DNA of 64,000 nt from Kondoa subrosea (taxonomy: Eukaryota). A program made the position numbers and the translations under genes. The stretch lies in contig BCIN01000011.1 in assembly GCA_039545335.1 (NCBI GenBank), forward strand, positions 1 through 64,000, in the 5' to 3' direction. Positions 63,537 to 64,000 of this stretch are shown here, piece by piece (within the stretch, counting starts at the first letter, position 1; every line of letters begins with the position of its first letter). Under the pieces are notes generated by a model, which searched no databases, was not told the DNA's origin, and was given only the letters and a program-made list of their open reading frames with translations.

Positions 63537-64000
63537 AATCGCACAGCATCTTGAACAAGACATCGAGCCCTTGACTGAAATAGCCCTCTGGATGTATAGT
63601 AACCTAGCGCTGAGTTGCTATTCAGTCGTTGCCGCATATGATCAAGCTACAACAAAATGCGTCACTAGCTATGAAATGGTCGGCTTGCGCATATGTCTGT
63701 CTACTACTGGGAAGCAATCGCATGAAAGCTCTCTACTGATCGCTCTGTGTACTAAGATAGCTAGCATTCAAAGCGTCACTCTTGGCCAGGATCAAGGTCT
63801 TTCCTTTGCCTGCTGTCTCGCTGTGGCTACATTGAGCTGAAGCCTTTGCGCGGGAGTGTTGATAAGCTTACCGAACTCCCATTTTTCCTGTTCCTGTACT
63901 GTATGGTTTGCTTTAATATGCGTGCGCAGTTGGTCCACTCTCGAAGAATTTGATAGGGTTGTTAACCATTTGACAAAACGAGCAGGAACTAGAGCTTTTG

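Noticed and set aside
1..64000. Pheromone precursor (CAAX) or STE3 receptor genes
   Set aside because: No short ORF with a convincing CAAX ending or repeated peptide was seen. The ends of the 27471 and 21504 genes (TCLA*, KCVQ*) are not CAAX. A very small spliced precursor could have been missed by eye.

Overview
Gene-dense, intron-rich fungal genomic DNA with ~45-60 nt GT-AG introns. It is a basidiomycete, probably Pucciniomycotina (inference). Gene models were spliced by hand because the ORF track only gives exon fragments. Housekeeping genes recognised: PAF-acetylhydrolase, SER3, an aryl-alcohol-dehydrogenase AKR, an AGC-like kinase, p23/SBA1, QCR8, glycogenin, LSM2, FEN1, CUL3, RPB2, CWC2, NDUFB8, FUM1 and AOS1. 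QCR8 and LSM2 are absent from the ORF track. Two things stand out. (1) A tandem pair of diverged ~260-nt elements at 40.77-41.38 kb shares a multi-branched minus-strand RNA structure supported by compensatory substitutions, and matches no ncRNA family I can recognise. (2) A homeodomain mating-type (HD) locus at 52.1-54.7 kb has divergent HD2/HD1 genes, and the HD1 recognition helix is degenerate (CL in place of WF). Also present: a decayed F-box gene, a micro-exon-encoded polyproline linker, a ~24-Cys secreted protein, a Pvg1-like pyruvyltransferase, a tandem SAM-like protein and a probable dual-targeted fumarase. No tRNA, rRNA, CRISPR array, transposon, STE3 receptor or CAAX pheromone precursor was seen.
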